Notes: generated by a model not told the origin, from the sequence alone. 64,000 bases of DNA from an uncultured virus (IMG/VR IMGVR_UViG_3300047315_000487) (IMGVR_UViG_3300047315_000487), one strand, 5' to 3'. Counted from the stretch's first letter, positions 1 through 10,450 are shown. Program-made: numbers and translations.

Positions 1-142
1 CCTGCGAGGAGGCCTTGTTGAACCAGCCGAACGGCGAGTTGTTGCCGGCCTGGACGTGGAGGACGAGGCCGCGGTGTTCCTTCACGCCGTTCGGGTGGAA
101 GTTGACGACGGGGCGCCAGGTGGCGCCAGGCATGCGGGTCAT
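1..142 (-). CDS. N-acetylmuramoyl-L-alanine amidase endolysin, N-terminal part (runs off window edge)
   Basis: Manual translation MTRMPGATWRPVVNFHPNGVKEHRGLVLHVQAGNNSPFGWF; LVLH Zn-ligand motif typical of Amidase_2; downstream of tail genes. Confidence 0.7.
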   Translation of the reverse strand, partial: MTRMPGATWRPVVNFHPNGVKEHRGLVLHVQAGNNSPFGWFNKASSQ

Positions 143-145
143 GGG

Positions 146-1069
146 TCACAGCCCTTTCTGGACGGGCACCGTGGCAGCGACGTTGTTGTCGTGCGCCCAC
201 GCCTGCATCAGAGCCAGCGCCTGAACCAGGCGAGGATCCGCAGGAGGAGTGGGAACGGGGAGAGGGGACGGCGGCTCCGGCGCGGGTGTCGGAGTGGGCG
301 CGGGGATGGGGTTCGCGCGGCCGGTGAGCGCGGCGTAGTCCTGGCCGAGGGTGTACAGGTCGAGGCCCTGGACGTCCTCACCCTGGGAGCCGATGAAGTC
401 GGGGCCGATGATGACCCACGCCTCATCGAAGTACTTCTTGAGGAACGCCCAGGTCAGCTTCTGGACGGCACCCCAGGTGACGCACTCCAGGCCCGTCGCG
501 TCGTAGGCGCCGATGGTGACGCAGTGGCCGCCCTCGACCTTGGCGCCCCTGACGACGCCCCACGGCTGGCCGTTGTTGAACTGGCCCATCGCGGTGTCGG
601 GGAAGTTGAAGCCGCAGTAGATCTGCCCGAACAGGGCGATGGCCTGCTTCACCTCGGTGACGTTGGACAGGTCGACCTTCGCGAAGGCGATGACCTTCTC
701 GCCGAGGAAGCCGTGCTTGCGCCAGTAGTCCAGGACGTCCTGGCAGACCGCACCCTGGTCGGTGGACGGGTCGTCCGGGTTGAAGCCGGTGACAGCGGAG
801 TAAAGGGCGAGCGCGTCGGTGTCGGTGACGGTCAGGGCCTTGCCCTGGTTGACGTACACGTCGCCGATGCGCTTGTGGCCGACGCCGGCGCACGTGCAGT
901 TGCCGTAGCGGTCGTTCGCGAGCATGCCCCAGTTGCTGGCAGGCACGGGCTGCAGCCAGTCCGACGACAGCGGCGGGGCTGACAGGTCCGCGGTGAGAGC
1001 GCGGGAGAGTCTCAGGTGCGGACGGGCGGGCTCGGCAGGAAGCCGGCCGCCCTGGAAGGTGATGGTCAC
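146..1069 (-). CDS. Papain-like (C1-type) cysteine peptidase in lysis cassette
   Basis: GNCTCAG (Cys), GGHCV (His) and VTWG in papain order; Pro/Thr linker near C-terminus. Confidence 0.65.
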   Translation of the reverse strand: MTITFQGGRLPAEPARPHLRLSRALTADLSAPPLSSDWLQPVPASNWGMLANDRYGNCTCAGVGHKRIGDVYVNQGKALTVTDTDALALYSAVTGFNPDDPSTDQGAVCQDVLDYWRKHGFLGEKVIAFAKVDLSNVTEVKQAIALFGQIYCGFNFPDTAMGQFNNGQPWGVVRGAKVEGGHCVTIGAYDATGLECVTWGAVQKLTWAFLKKYFDEAWVIIGPDFIGSQGEDVQGLDLYTLGQDYAALTGRANPIPAPTPTPAPEPPSPLPVPTPPADPRLVQALALMQAWAHDNNVAATVPVQKGL

Positions 1070-1100
1070 GGAGGCTCCGGAAGGGCGTGATGGGGCATAC

Positions 1101-1130
1101 GAAAGCCCCCGGGCTGGGTGGCCGAGGGGC
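1101..1130 (-). terminator. Putative intrinsic terminator after tail genes
   Basis: Minus strand GCCCCTCGG...CCGGGGGC stem followed by TTTCGT. Confidence 0.45.
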
Positions 1131-1148
1131 GGAAAGAGGGGTGTGAGG

Positions 1149-1409
1149 TCAGCCGAAGACGGGTGGGCTCGCGGTCAGATCGGGGACCGCATACGTCTGG
1201 TCGACCTCGGTGCGGGACGCCGCGATCTGCGCCGCGATGCCCGCAGGCCAGGACACGGTCTTCATGGCCTGCAGCAGCTGAATGGCAATGCTGTCGGTCG
1301 TGCCAGCCTCGACCGAGAGGGTGAATGTTCCGCCACTCTCGGCGCCGGTGGCGTTGTTGCTGACGGAGACGCTGAAGTCGTACCGGATCTGGCTACTGAA
1401 GGTGCTCAC
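1149..1409 (-). CDS. Small hypothetical tail-region protein (86 aa)
   Basis: GTG start with AAGGAGAG RBS; C-terminal part of the listed 484-aa ORF. Confidence 0.7.
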   Translation of the reverse strand: MSTFSSQIRYDFSVSVSNNATGAESGGTFTLSVEAGTTDSIAIQLLQAMKTVSWPAGIAAQIAASRTEVDQTYAVPDLTASPPVFG

Positions 1410-1423
1410 GTCTCTCCTTGGGG

Positions 1424-1972
1424 TCAGCTGCTGATCCAGCAGACGGTCAGGGCCGGACCGAAGCCGATAGAGGCGGCGGTGGCGAGGTTGCCGCCCGAGG
1501 TCTGCCACATCACCATTTCGACGTAGTCGCCGACGACGAGGGGGAGATCGACGCTCACGCAGGCGCACCACGAGTTCGTGGAGATTGCCCCCAACTGGAC
1601 CGTGGCGCCACGGGCATTGGAGCCGTTGAGGTTGATGCCCAGTTTGCGGTTGCCGGTGGCGTTGTTGGCGAAGCCGCCGATGGCGGTGATGCGGTAGGTT
1701 CCGGCGACCTGCACGGTGTAGCGGCTGGTGTTGGTGCTGGTGGAGTGGCCGCTGTCGGAGTCGTAGTCCTCGGTGTCGAGCGTGATGGCGACATCGGTGG
1801 TTCCGCTGGCGAGGGTCTGCGCCGCGCTGGCCCAGCCTTTGAAGCGGGGTACGCCGTTGGAGCCGGAGCCGAGGAGGAAGTCGCCGGTGGCTTTGGTGGT
1901 GGCGTTGAACAGGGCGCCGGTGTTGTAGTTGCCGGGGGATTCGGTGGGCATGGCGGGAACAGTGCGGGGCAT
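1424..1972 (-). CDS. Minor tail protein, C1q/TNF-like beta-sandwich
   Basis: SRYTVQVAGTYRI and LVVGDYVE motifs; follows tail tip gene. Confidence 0.65.
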   Translation of the reverse strand: MPRTVPAMPTESPGNYNTGALFNATTKATGDFLLGSGSNGVPRFKGWASAAQTLASGTTDVAITLDTEDYDSDSGHSTSTNTSRYTVQVAGTYRITAIGGFANNATGNRKLGINLNGSNARGATVQLGAISTNSWCACVSVDLPLVVGDYVEMVMWQTSGGNLATAASIGFGPALTVCWISS

Positions 1973-1984
1973 GCGGCCCTCCTC

Positions 1985-4900
1985 TCAGTAGGCGAACGCC
2001 GTGGAGTCGAACTTGCTGCTGGCGTCGTAGACGGTTGGGTCGGTCACCCCGCTGGGGAGGGGTTCGCAGACGACGTCGGCCGCCGTGTGGCTTTTGGTGG
2101 TGTTGGCAGTGAGGGTGATGACCGCCGTGGTCCAACCCGGGGATGTGGCCCCGACGGACAGGACCGTCACCGTCTCCTGGTTGGTCGAGTTCTGCCCGAG
2201 GATCAGCGACTGGCCGGGCCCGAGTTGGGTTGCCAGCGGGTTGGTGGTGTCGGCGGACGCGTCGACGGTGATGGTGCTGACTCCGGACGAGATCGTGGTG
2301 TGCAGCGTCGTGTGCCAGGCGGCGAAGAGCGCGTAGGGGGTGAGGTCGGCGGGCGAGCACTGGAGGGTCTGGAAGGCTTCGCCGTCGTCGCCGAAGTCCC
2401 AGGCGATGTTTTCGACGAAGCATTCGACCTGGACGGTCGGCACCCCTGGCGCGCGGCGCATGATGCGGACGCGGGTGCCGAGTTCCAGGGCGAGACAGAC
2501 CGGCCACATGGCGGGGTTGGCGCTCGGGTGGAGCTTGATGCTGGAGACGCGGGTGGCCGGATTCTTGTACCTGCTGAGCAGGTAGTTCGCAGCGTCCTGG
2601 CATTCCAGCGCGCTGGATGAGTTGACGGTCCGGCTCATCGTGCGGGGGAAGAAGTTGGCGAGGGATGTCGCATCCGTGGCGTAGAACGCCTGCGATGTGG
2701 ACTCCTGCGTGACGGTGACCTGGTTCGACAGGTGGGTGCTGTCGAAGTCCAGGCTGACGTCCTCATACGGCCACTCGCCGGGCGCGTTCTCCCCGAAGGT
2801 GTAGGCGGGGCTGGTGGCGTTGTAGCGGGCCGACCGGGAACGGAATGTGACCGTCCCAGCCCGGTTGACGTAGTGTTCGCCCGCCTCGGTGTCCACTACG
2901 GCCTGGAGCGCACTGACGGCATCCTGGCCGTCGATGGCCGCCGGCCCCATGGAGGTGGTGAGGCCGGTCTGTACGGAGCTCGGGCCGCTGTAGCCGGAGT
3001 AGCGCAGGATGCGGGCGTAGCGGGCCGCCGTGGATTCTCCGGCGCAGGCGGAGCGCCAGGCCGTGTACAGGTTGGTGACGGTCGTGGGGCTGAGGAGTGA
3101 CGGGAATTCGGCGACGAACGAGATGTCGCCCTTGAAGTTGAGGATGGTGCCGTTGCCGACGGTGGGGTCCACGTAGGTGCCCACGTTGTCGCTGATCAGC
3201 CCGGACGGTGCGGTGTTCGCCGCGCTGCTGTAGGAGTAGACGACGCCGTCGAGAGCGACGAATGAGCTCGTGACGGTCGGGTCGAATCCGAAGACGACCA
3301 GGTGCCAGTCGCCGTCGCACACGTTGGTCGTCCCGGCCACCCGGGAGCCTCCCGCTCCCGTGGGGCCCGCCGATGCGAACTGGACGTATCCCGTGCCACC
3401 GATGGAGAGGATGAGATCCGACCCCGCGGGGACGCCGAGGGCGCGCTGGGAGTCGAATCCTGACCAGAGCACCGCACTGGCCGCCGGCACGGCCCCTCCC
3501 GTGTAGCGGAAGGCGATCATGCGCGTCCAGATGGTTGTCGCCGGGCCGAGGATGCCAGTCGAGCCGAGGCTGATGAACGTCGCTGCACTGATCGTGTTCG
3601 TGCCCGGGTTGGCGTTGTTGAGCCTGGCGACAGTGCCGGAGCTGCCCGCGTAGGTGCCACTGGCGTCGTCTGCGGCGATCGCATTGCCGAAGGTCAGGCT
3701 GCCCGCGCCGTACTTGGAGGTGGCGAGCTGTGCGGCCAGGTAGGTGCCGGTGGTGTCCGCTACGGACGTCGAGCCCGCCGGGTCGTCGAGCTTGAACAGG
3801 AACCGCGGCGAGGCGGTGCTGATCTCCTGGGTGAGGGGGTCCGACAGGGTCTTCTGCGACAGCAGACTGAACGCATCCACGGCCGACGGGGTGACCTTGC
3901 CGTAGGTGCCGGACATGTCCCAGCTCGACGGCCACCGCTCCATGAATCCGGCGTAGACCGGATTCCACAGGCCGGGGCAGGTCCACGCTGAGGCGGTGGA
4001 GCCCTTCTCCAGTTGCCAGCCGTCGACCTGCAGCGAACATGTGGCCGCTGCCGACGATGCGAGGGCCACGCCCACGTCGATACCCGCCGCGTTACTGGGG
4101 GCGGTCGCGGTGACCGTGATGGTCGTCCACGCGGCCGTCGTAGAGCCCGTCAGGGACGCCGACGAGCCGTAGTTGAACGACGTCGGAGTCGAGCCGCCGC
4201 CTGCGGTGTACCAGCCGAGGAACGCCTGCACGCTCAGGCTCGTGGATGCGGTGACGTCCCGCACCCGCAGCTGCACCGTGTACGTCTGTCCCGGGATGAC
4301 GCTGAACCGAGGCGTGTGGCAGGCGCGCGACGCCGACGCAGACCCGTTCGGCACCGCGAACTGCATGACCATGCCGCCGGCCCACGCCGTAGCGGTCGCA
4401 ACGAACGAGCCGCCCGTGCTGTCGGTGGAGGAGAAGATGTCCGCGCCCGCGCTGCCGCCTGGGATCGTGCCCGCCGAGTAGCCGCCCAGGTCGCCGCCTG
4501 TGGCGTGAACCTGATCCAGCAAGTTGCGAGTCGGCGGCCACTGCGCCCGGCGCCGGTACGGCTGGTATGGCTGGATGTGCCCGTACCAGGGCCCGGAGGC
4601 GTTGACCGGGTCGAGGGTGGCGTCCGTGTTGGCGAGTGTCAGGTTGGCTTCGCCGGAACGCACCTGGTCCGTTTCGTACTGTCGGCCGCGCGAGGTGTTC
4701 ACCGTGCCTCGGGTGCGGTCGGAGATCTCCACGTACCGGTCGAGGGGTGAGTCGCCCGCATTGGCGTTCCAGTAGGCGCCCCAGGCGTCTTCGATCGTCG
4801 GCCAGTTGATGTTGAAGGGGCCGCCGAGCATGGTGTTGACGTGCTGGATCGTGGCAGCGCTGCCTGCGACTTCAGTGCCCGAGGCGCCCGTCTGGAACAC

Positions 4901-5401
4901 GAACGTCACGGCGGTCGCCGCCCACGAGTACGCCGACGATGTGAGGGTCGTCCAGGTGAAGCCGTCCGCCGAGGTGTCCGCGTACCAGATACCTGCGGAC
5001 TCGCGGAGCCGCCACCAGCCGTGGGCGTTCGGGTCATACGTCGGCAGGGTTGTGGTGACCGTCGTTCCCGCCGTCTGCAGTGTGAACTTGAAGGCGCCCG
5101 CCTCCAGGCGGATCGCGACGCTGTTGCTGCCGTCCAGCAACACCTTGAAAATGGTCTTCGTGCCGCCCGCACCGTTCGGGACTGCCCCGACCTCGGCGTA
5201 GATCTGGCTGCTCGTCGCATCGAACAGCGTGTTCGTGCCGAACGTGTTGTTGGTGCCCGACGCGGTGGGCTGCGCCAAAGCGACCAGGTCATTGACCGCG
5301 TCCAGCGTGGTAGTGCCAGCCGTGATGTTGCTCCACAGCGTGGTGTTGATCGCCGCCGCGGTGAACGGATCGGCGAACGTGGACAGCTTGGGGTTGGCCA
5401 C
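1985..5401 (-). CDS. Large minor tail (tip/hub) protein with LamG/ConA-like and carbohydrate-binding-like domains
   Basis: 1138 aa immediately after tape measure; DGWQLEKGSTA and DGDWHLVV motifs. Confidence 0.8.
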   Translation of the reverse strand: MANPKLSTFADPFTAAAINTTLWSNITAGTTTLDAVNDLVALAQPTASGTNNTFGTNTLFDATSSQIYAEVGAVPNGAGGTKTIFKVLLDGSNSVAIRLEAGAFKFTLQTAGTTVTTTLPTYDPNAHGWWRLRESAGIWYADTSADGFTWTTLTSSAYSWAATAVTFVFQTGASGTEVAGSAATIQHVNTMLGGPFNINWPTIEDAWGAYWNANAGDSPLDRYVEISDRTRGTVNTSRGRQYETDQVRSGEANLTLANTDATLDPVNASGPWYGHIQPYQPYRRRAQWPPTRNLLDQVHATGGDLGGYSAGTIPGGSAGADIFSSTDSTGGSFVATATAWAGGMVMQFAVPNGSASASRACHTPRFSVIPGQTYTVQLRVRDVTASTSLSVQAFLGWYTAGGGSTPTSFNYGSSASLTGSTTAAWTTITVTATAPSNAAGIDVGVALASSAAATCSLQVDGWQLEKGSTASAWTCPGLWNPVYAGFMERWPSSWDMSGTYGKVTPSAVDAFSLLSQKTLSDPLTQEISTASPRFLFKLDDPAGSTSVADTTGTYLAAQLATSKYGAGSLTFGNAIAADDASGTYAGSSGTVARLNNANPGTNTISAATFISLGSTGILGPATTIWTRMIAFRYTGGAVPAASAVLWSGFDSQRALGVPAGSDLILSIGGTGYVQFASAGPTGAGGSRVAGTTNVCDGDWHLVVFGFDPTVTSSFVALDGVVYSYSSAANTAPSGLISDNVGTYVDPTVGNGTILNFKGDISFVAEFPSLLSPTTVTNLYTAWRSACAGESTAARYARILRYSGYSGPSSVQTGLTTSMGPAAIDGQDAVSALQAVVDTEAGEHYVNRAGTVTFRSRSARYNATSPAYTFGENAPGEWPYEDVSLDFDSTHLSNQVTVTQESTSQAFYATDATSLANFFPRTMSRTVNSSSALECQDAANYLLSRYKNPATRVSSIKLHPSANPAMWPVCLALELGTRVRIMRRAPGVPTVQVECFVENIAWDFGDDGEAFQTLQCSPADLTPYALFAAWHTTLHTTISSGVSTITVDASADTTNPLATQLGPGQSLILGQNSTNQETVTVLSVGATSPGWTTAVITLTANTTKSHTAADVVCEPLPSGVTDPTVYDASSKFDSTAFAY

Positions 5402-5450
5402 CGGGCACCTCCTGGATGTCGGCGCCCGGTGGCGCCCCTCGAACTGCGGG

Positions 5451-8400
5451 TCAGCGCTTGTAGGGCACGTAGGTGCCGGAGTTCCGCATGCCGAGGCGCA
5501 GCATCGACTGCTCCACGACGTCCCGCAGATTGCGCTCGGTCATGACGTGGCCCTCAACCGTGAGGTGCAGCGTGTAGCTCGGGGCCTGCGCTGCGCCCCT
5601 GCCGCCTCCGAGTGGCAGGGGGCCACCGGTGACCGTCGCGCCTTGGCGTACCGACATGGCGAGCCCTTGGGCTGCGATCTCGGCGTGCTTGGTGCTGCGG
5701 TTGATGCCGACGGCCATGCCTCGGGCGGTGTTGTCGCCGATCTCCGCCATGACCCGGCTGGGACTGTGGATCCCGAGGGCCTTCTCGATCGCCTTCCGCA
5801 TGGACTTGGCGATCCGCATCATCTGCCGTTCGATCGCCTTCTCCTGCGACTGCAGCCCCTTGACCAGACCCTGCGCCGATTTGATGCCTGCCCCGTACAT
5901 GGCGTCCGCGACGACCTTGCCGGTCTTGTTCGCCGCAGCCGTCGTCGTGGTCTGCATCTGGTTCATCTGCTGGAGCTGACCCTTACTGGCGCCCAGCAGA
6001 GCCGTTGCCGTGTCGCCGGCCTGGTCGACGCCCGCCGTGGCGAGCTGCTCGATCAGGGCGCTCGACAGCCCCTTCTTCTTCAGGGCGTCCAGATTCGCGG
6101 AGAACTGGACGGCCTTCTGCATCTGGGTGCGCAGGTTGTTGAGGACGTCCTGCGCGGTGAGCGCGAAGCCCTCCTGCGGGGCGGTGGTGACGATGGAGAA
6201 GCCCTGCATGATGCCGGAGGCGATGGACTTCGCCTCGTCGGCCCACTCCTTCTTCAGGTTCGCGAGCTTCGTCTTGGCAGCCTTGAGCTTGGCCGCCACG
6301 CCGTCCCGCTTGCCGGCGAGGGACTGCAGTTCCTTCGACTCGCGGGCCACGTAGCGTTGCAGGCTCTTGTGGTGTGATCCGAAGTCCACGTACAGGCTGG
6401 AGGCGATCCGCTTCGTGGCGGCCTTCACCTGGGCGGTGGTGCCAGTGAGACCCTGCACCAGGCCGTGCATCACGTAGGCGCCCAGCGCCCGGAACTTCTT
6501 GGACGGACTCGCGATGCCCAGCTCGTCACTGAACGCGGCGATGGTCGCCTTGCCGAGGCTGGCCGCGGCTGCGGCCACGGCACCCTGGCCGGCGGTGAGG
6601 CCGGCGATCAGGCCGCCCGCGACGTGGCCGCCCAGGGCGGTGGCGCTCTTCGCGGTGGAGTTGCCCCAGGTGACACTGCCGCCCATGATGGCCACCGTCT
6701 GCTCCGCGATACTGCGGGAGCGCGGGCGCCGGTCGTGGGGAATGTACGACTCGTCGCCGCCTTCGGCCCACAGGACGTTCGTGCCACCGCGGGCCATCAT
6801 GGCCGGACGGCTCATGCCGCCGTCGGCCATGCGCCGGACGCCGCCCCGGATGACGCTGCCGTCCGCGTTGGGTGCGAGGACAGTTCCGGTCCCGGGCTGC
6901 TTGCCGGGGTTGATGTACTTGGAGTAGATGTTGATCGTCCTGCCGTGCAGCGATGCGATGGCCCGCTTTGCGGCGGCGATCTGCGCCTTGAGCTGATCGA
7001 TGTTCGCTTGGACCTTGGCCTTGCGCGAGTCCGGGACGGACGCCAGCTGCTTCTTCGCGGAGGCCAGCTTCGCCTGGAGATCTTGCAGGTCGCCCTTCAC
7101 CTTGGCTGTCTTGTCGGGCGTCTTGAGGATCTGGTCCGCGAGCTTTTTCGCGTCCTTGGTGTTCAGGCCCATGGCCTCGGCGCTGGCGATGAGCTTCTGC
7201 CGGCCCCTGGTGTAGATGGCGTTGACGGCGGCCCAGGATTTGCCGCTGTCGCGGGCGGCGGCGGTGTTCGCATCGGTCTTCGCCGCCAGGTCAGACAGGG
7301 CGGTCGCCTCATTGCGGGCCTTCTCCGTGCCCAGCTGGAGCTGGCCATTCTTCATCTTCAGCGCGCGGCCGTTGTCCTTGGCTGCCTGCGTCGCCGCGTC
7401 GATCGCAGCCTCGAAGCCGATCTCGCCGTCGAGTCCTTGCCTGTTCACGTCGTTGAGCGCCTGAATGCTCTGCCTCAGACCGTCCGCCGACGCCTTCTGT
7501 GCTGCGAGCTTCTTCTGCACCGCCTGCGCCTGGGCGCCGAACAGCCCCATGCTGTCGGCGGCCATCTTCGCTTCGAACTGCTGGTCGGCGAGGGCGCTGT
7601 TGTAGTCCGTGAGGTACTTGGTCGGGATCTTCACCCCTTCCCTGTTGAGGAGCTGCAGGGCCTGCGTCGCCGTGTCGACGCCCTTGTTCTGGGCAATCGT
7701 CCCGAGGGCGTTACCGAGGTCGCGGTAGTCGTTGGCCGCGGCCTGCGTCGAGGTCCCGCTGTCCCGGAACTTCGCGCCCCAGTTGGTGAAGGAGTACGCG
7801 AACCGGTCCCACGCGCTAGCCGTGGAGTCGGTGTCCTTCACCAGGCCCTGCTGCGCTTTGCGCAGGTCGTCGATGACCGGCGACGAGATGGCGCCCTTGG
7901 CAAGGCCCTTCTCAATGGACCGCGCCAGATCATCGACGCTGATCCGAGCTTCCCTGGTGGACTCGCTCAGCTTGTACGCGGCCACCGCGATTCCGGCCAG
8001 AACGGCGAGGACCACCGTGGTTTTGGTGGCGAGGCTCAGCGACGCGAAGGCCGCCCGCAGGCCGGCGATACCGCCACCAGCGGCAACCGACACCGCGCGC
8101 AGCCGAGTCATCTGAGTGATCAGTGTGGTTACGCCGCCACTTGCCGTCCCGATTCCCGACGAGGCCAGCTTGATGAGCCTGAAGGCGGTGTACAGCTGCA
8201 TGGCCCGGGCGATGAAGCTGGGCGGCAGCGCGGCAACGAGCTTCGCCGCAGCGTTGACCAGAGCCAGCATTCCGGGACCCGCCTGCGCAGCCCCCTCCAT
8301 CAGCTTCACGACGGCCTTGCTGATGTTGGTGAGGGTTTCCCTGACCGCCGGGCCGTTGGTCTTGGCGTACTCCATGAACTTGGCGATCGGCCCGTTGGCC

Positions 8401-9320
8401 TGCCCTTCGGACAGGACCCGCGAGAAGTGGATCAGCTCGTCCGTGGCGTGCGTCAGCACGCGGTCAGTGAAGTTGGTGAACTTCTTCGACAAGGCGTCGA
8501 AGCCCGGGGTGGTGATCCCGCCCGCGGCGACCGTGACGAGGCGGTCGAACTGGCCGGAGAACTCCTTCACCATCGGGTTGAGCTTGGGCAGGATCCCCTG
8601 AACCAAGGCCAGGGACTTCGTGACCGGCACCATGGTGAACTTCGACAGGTCATTCGACCAGGACTTGAAGCCGTCCTTGAAGACCATCAACGCACCGGCG
8701 GCCTGCCGGGTGGCGGGCGGCATTGAGGCCATCGTCTTCGCGAACGCCGCCTGCGCCTCGCCAGCCTGCGACGAGGTAGCGCCGTACTTGGAGACGGCGT
8801 CGTTGTACTTCTTCTGCGCGTCGGACGCGTCACCGAGGGCTTTGAACTGGGGGATGACGGCCGCACCGAACGCGCCGACGGCCACGGTTGCCGCGCCCAC
8901 CGATGCCGCAACGGAAGCGGCAGATGCTGCGACGGGAATGAGTGCGGGAGCCAGTGAAATCAGCGCCGCGAGGCCCCCGGCCCCACCATCGCGACCCGAC
9001 CCGCCGAGGTTGTTCGTGTTGCCCGTGACGTTGGTGTTGATGGTGACGGTGCGGGGACGGGTCAGCAGCGCCAGGTCGTCGGCGGCAACCCGGGTGTCCG
9101 CGTCCGCTCGGATCTGGACCGCCCGGGCGCGCGTCAGCAAGGCGAGTTCGTCAGCGGCAACACGGGTATCCAGGTTCGCGCGAACCTGGATGGTGGCCTC
9201 CATGCGGCCGACTTCTGCAGCCCATTTACGGACCTCCGCCTTCGCCCGGGTGAGGGTGGCGATGAGGTTGCTTTCGTCGCCGGTGAGCTTCGCAACGACC
9301 GGAGGCAGGTAGTCAGCCAC
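5451..9320 (-). CDS. Tape measure protein
   Basis: 1289 aa, Ala/Lys-rich helical; LGIASPSK and LGIHSPSR motifs; follows tail assembly chaperones. Confidence 0.92.
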   Translation of the reverse strand: MADYLPPVVAKLTGDESNLIATLTRAKAEVRKWAAEVGRMEATIQVRANLDTRVAADELALLTRARAVQIRADADTRVAADDLALLTRPRTVTINTNVTGNTNNLGGSGRDGGAGGLAALISLAPALIPVAASAASVAASVGAATVAVGAFGAAVIPQFKALGDASDAQKKYNDAVSKYGATSSQAGEAQAAFAKTMASMPPATRQAAGALMVFKDGFKSWSNDLSKFTMVPVTKSLALVQGILPKLNPMVKEFSGQFDRLVTVAAGGITTPGFDALSKKFTNFTDRVLTHATDELIHFSRVLSEGQANGPIAKFMEYAKTNGPAVRETLTNISKAVVKLMEGAAQAGPGMLALVNAAAKLVAALPPSFIARAMQLYTAFRLIKLASSGIGTASGGVTTLITQMTRLRAVSVAAGGGIAGLRAAFASLSLATKTTVVLAVLAGIAVAAYKLSESTREARISVDDLARSIEKGLAKGAISSPVIDDLRKAQQGLVKDTDSTASAWDRFAYSFTNWGAKFRDSGTSTQAAANDYRDLGNALGTIAQNKGVDTATQALQLLNREGVKIPTKYLTDYNSALADQQFEAKMAADSMGLFGAQAQAVQKKLAAQKASADGLRQSIQALNDVNRQGLDGEIGFEAAIDAATQAAKDNGRALKMKNGQLQLGTEKARNEATALSDLAAKTDANTAAARDSGKSWAAVNAIYTRGRQKLIASAEAMGLNTKDAKKLADQILKTPDKTAKVKGDLQDLQAKLASAKKQLASVPDSRKAKVQANIDQLKAQIAAAKRAIASLHGRTINIYSKYINPGKQPGTGTVLAPNADGSVIRGGVRRMADGGMSRPAMMARGGTNVLWAEGGDESYIPHDRRPRSRSIAEQTVAIMGGSVTWGNSTAKSATALGGHVAGGLIAGLTAGQGAVAAAAASLGKATIAAFSDELGIASPSKKFRALGAYVMHGLVQGLTGTTAQVKAATKRIASSLYVDFGSHHKSLQRYVARESKELQSLAGKRDGVAAKLKAAKTKLANLKKEWADEAKSIASGIMQGFSIVTTAPQEGFALTAQDVLNNLRTQMQKAVQFSANLDALKKKGLSSALIEQLATAGVDQAGDTATALLGASKGQLQQMNQMQTTTTAAANKTGKVVADAMYGAGIKSAQGLVKGLQSQEKAIERQMMRIAKSMRKAIEKALGIHSPSRVMAEIGDNTARGMAVGINRSTKHAEIAAQGLAMSVRQGATVTGGPLPLGGGRGAAQAPSYTLHLTVEGHVMTERNLRDVVEQSMLRLGMRNSGTYVPYKR

Positions 9321-9356
9321 GGACAGCCCCTTTCGGCGCGATGCGGTCAGGCTGTG

Positions 9357-9809
9357 TCACATGGCGCGGCGCCACGCCTCGACGTAGATGGCCCGCAGAT
9401 CAGCCCGGGAGGAGCGCACCGTTGGTCGCATGTAGGGCCGGGGCGGCAGCGTCACCGAATGGTTGCGGCCTGCCTGGCCGCCGAGTTCCTGGATCCGCGA
9501 GTACACGGCCGTCGGCCCGAGCTGGCCGGTAAATCCGCCGCCGGTCGGCACTGGCCCGGTAGGCGTAAGGCCACCGCGCAGGTGTCCGGTGATGCGCGCG
9601 GGCGGCTGGCCAGGGGGTGACGGGGTGGGGGTGTTCGGCGGGTGGTAGTAGCGGGACAACTGCGCGTGCGCCCGCCGCTCCAGCAGCTTGAGGCCGTCCT
9701 TCGTGCCCTTGCGGGTCGCCGAGTGCATGCGCTGCTGCAGGACGTCGAGAGCTCGCGCGAAGTCGTCCGCACCCTCGACGTGCACGCCAATGTCGGGCAC
9801 CGCCCTCAC
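9357..9809 (-). CDS. HK97 gp10-like neck/tail completion protein
   Basis: TGHLR, YSRIQELGG and PRPYMRP motifs. Confidence 0.7.
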   Translation of the reverse strand: MRAVPDIGVHVEGADDFARALDVLQQRMHSATRKGTKDGLKLLERRAHAQLSRYYHPPNTPTPSPPGQPPARITGHLRGGLTPTGPVPTGGGFTGQLGPTAVYSRIQELGGQAGRNHSVTLPPRPYMRPTVRSSRADLRAIYVEAWRRAM

Positions 9810-10069
9810 CCCCTCCGGGCCGCCGCGCGGTCGACCTCGGCCTGCGCCTGCTCCTGGAGCGTCACCTTCGCCTCATCGACAGCCCCAGCCCACGTGGGGA
9901 ACTGCCTGATCACCCACAGGGGCTGCTCATCAACCTGGGTGGGTGTCCAGCCGTAGCGTTCGGCGAACCAGCCGTACCGCCACGCCATCCGCTCAAGCGG
10001 CGTCGTCGGGTGGTCGCCCTTGATGGGCCTGCCTTCGAGTGCCGCTAGGACTCGACGCCGGCCCCAGTA
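9806..10069 (-). CDS. Tail assembly chaperone, -1 frameshift extension
   Basis: The -1 frame is open upstream of ATG 9988 and overlaps the chaperone 3' end; YGWTPTQVDEQP is typical of the T segment. Confidence 0.65.
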   Translation of the reverse strand, partial: YWGRRRVLAALEGRPIKGDHPTTPLERMAWRYGWFAERYGWTPTQVDEQPLWVIRQFPTWAGAVDEAKVTLQEQAQAEVDRAAARRG

Positions 10070-10425
10070 GGGGAAGCCGGGTCCGCCTGCTGCGCTTCGA
10101 GTACCTGCGCATCCTCAGGCTCCGGATCCGACGGAAAGATGAGGTCTTCGGCGGGTTCCACCAGCTTCTTCAGCGCGTTGTAGTCGCGGATCTCCAGCAT
10201 CCGCAGCGACTCCGGGGCCTGCGACGGGATCGGCAACTGGTTCGGGAGCTGCCAGTTGACGACCAGTGCGACGATGAGGGCGTTGCGCATCTGCCGCATC
10301 ATCCTGCCCGAGCCGTCGGCGTCCATGGCGTCCTGGATGTCCATCTGGTCGCCGGCCTTGAGTTCCGTGGGGTCGCGGAGTTCGACCCACGCTCCTTCGG
10401 AGGCGAGGGGGTAGCGCTGAGACAT
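10045..10425 (-). CDS. Tail assembly chaperone (pre-frameshift)
   Basis: ATG with GAAAGG RBS; between tail tube and tape measure; ends ADPASPTGAGVES. Confidence 0.8.
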   Translation of the reverse strand: MSQRYPLASEGAWVELRDPTELKAGDQMDIQDAMDADGSGRMMRQMRNALIVALVVNWQLPNQLPIPSQAPESLRMLEIRDYNALKKLVEPAEDLIFPSDPEPEDAQVLEAQQADPASPTGAGVES

Positions 10426-10450
10426 GGTGGTGCCTTTCGGAAGGGAAGGC

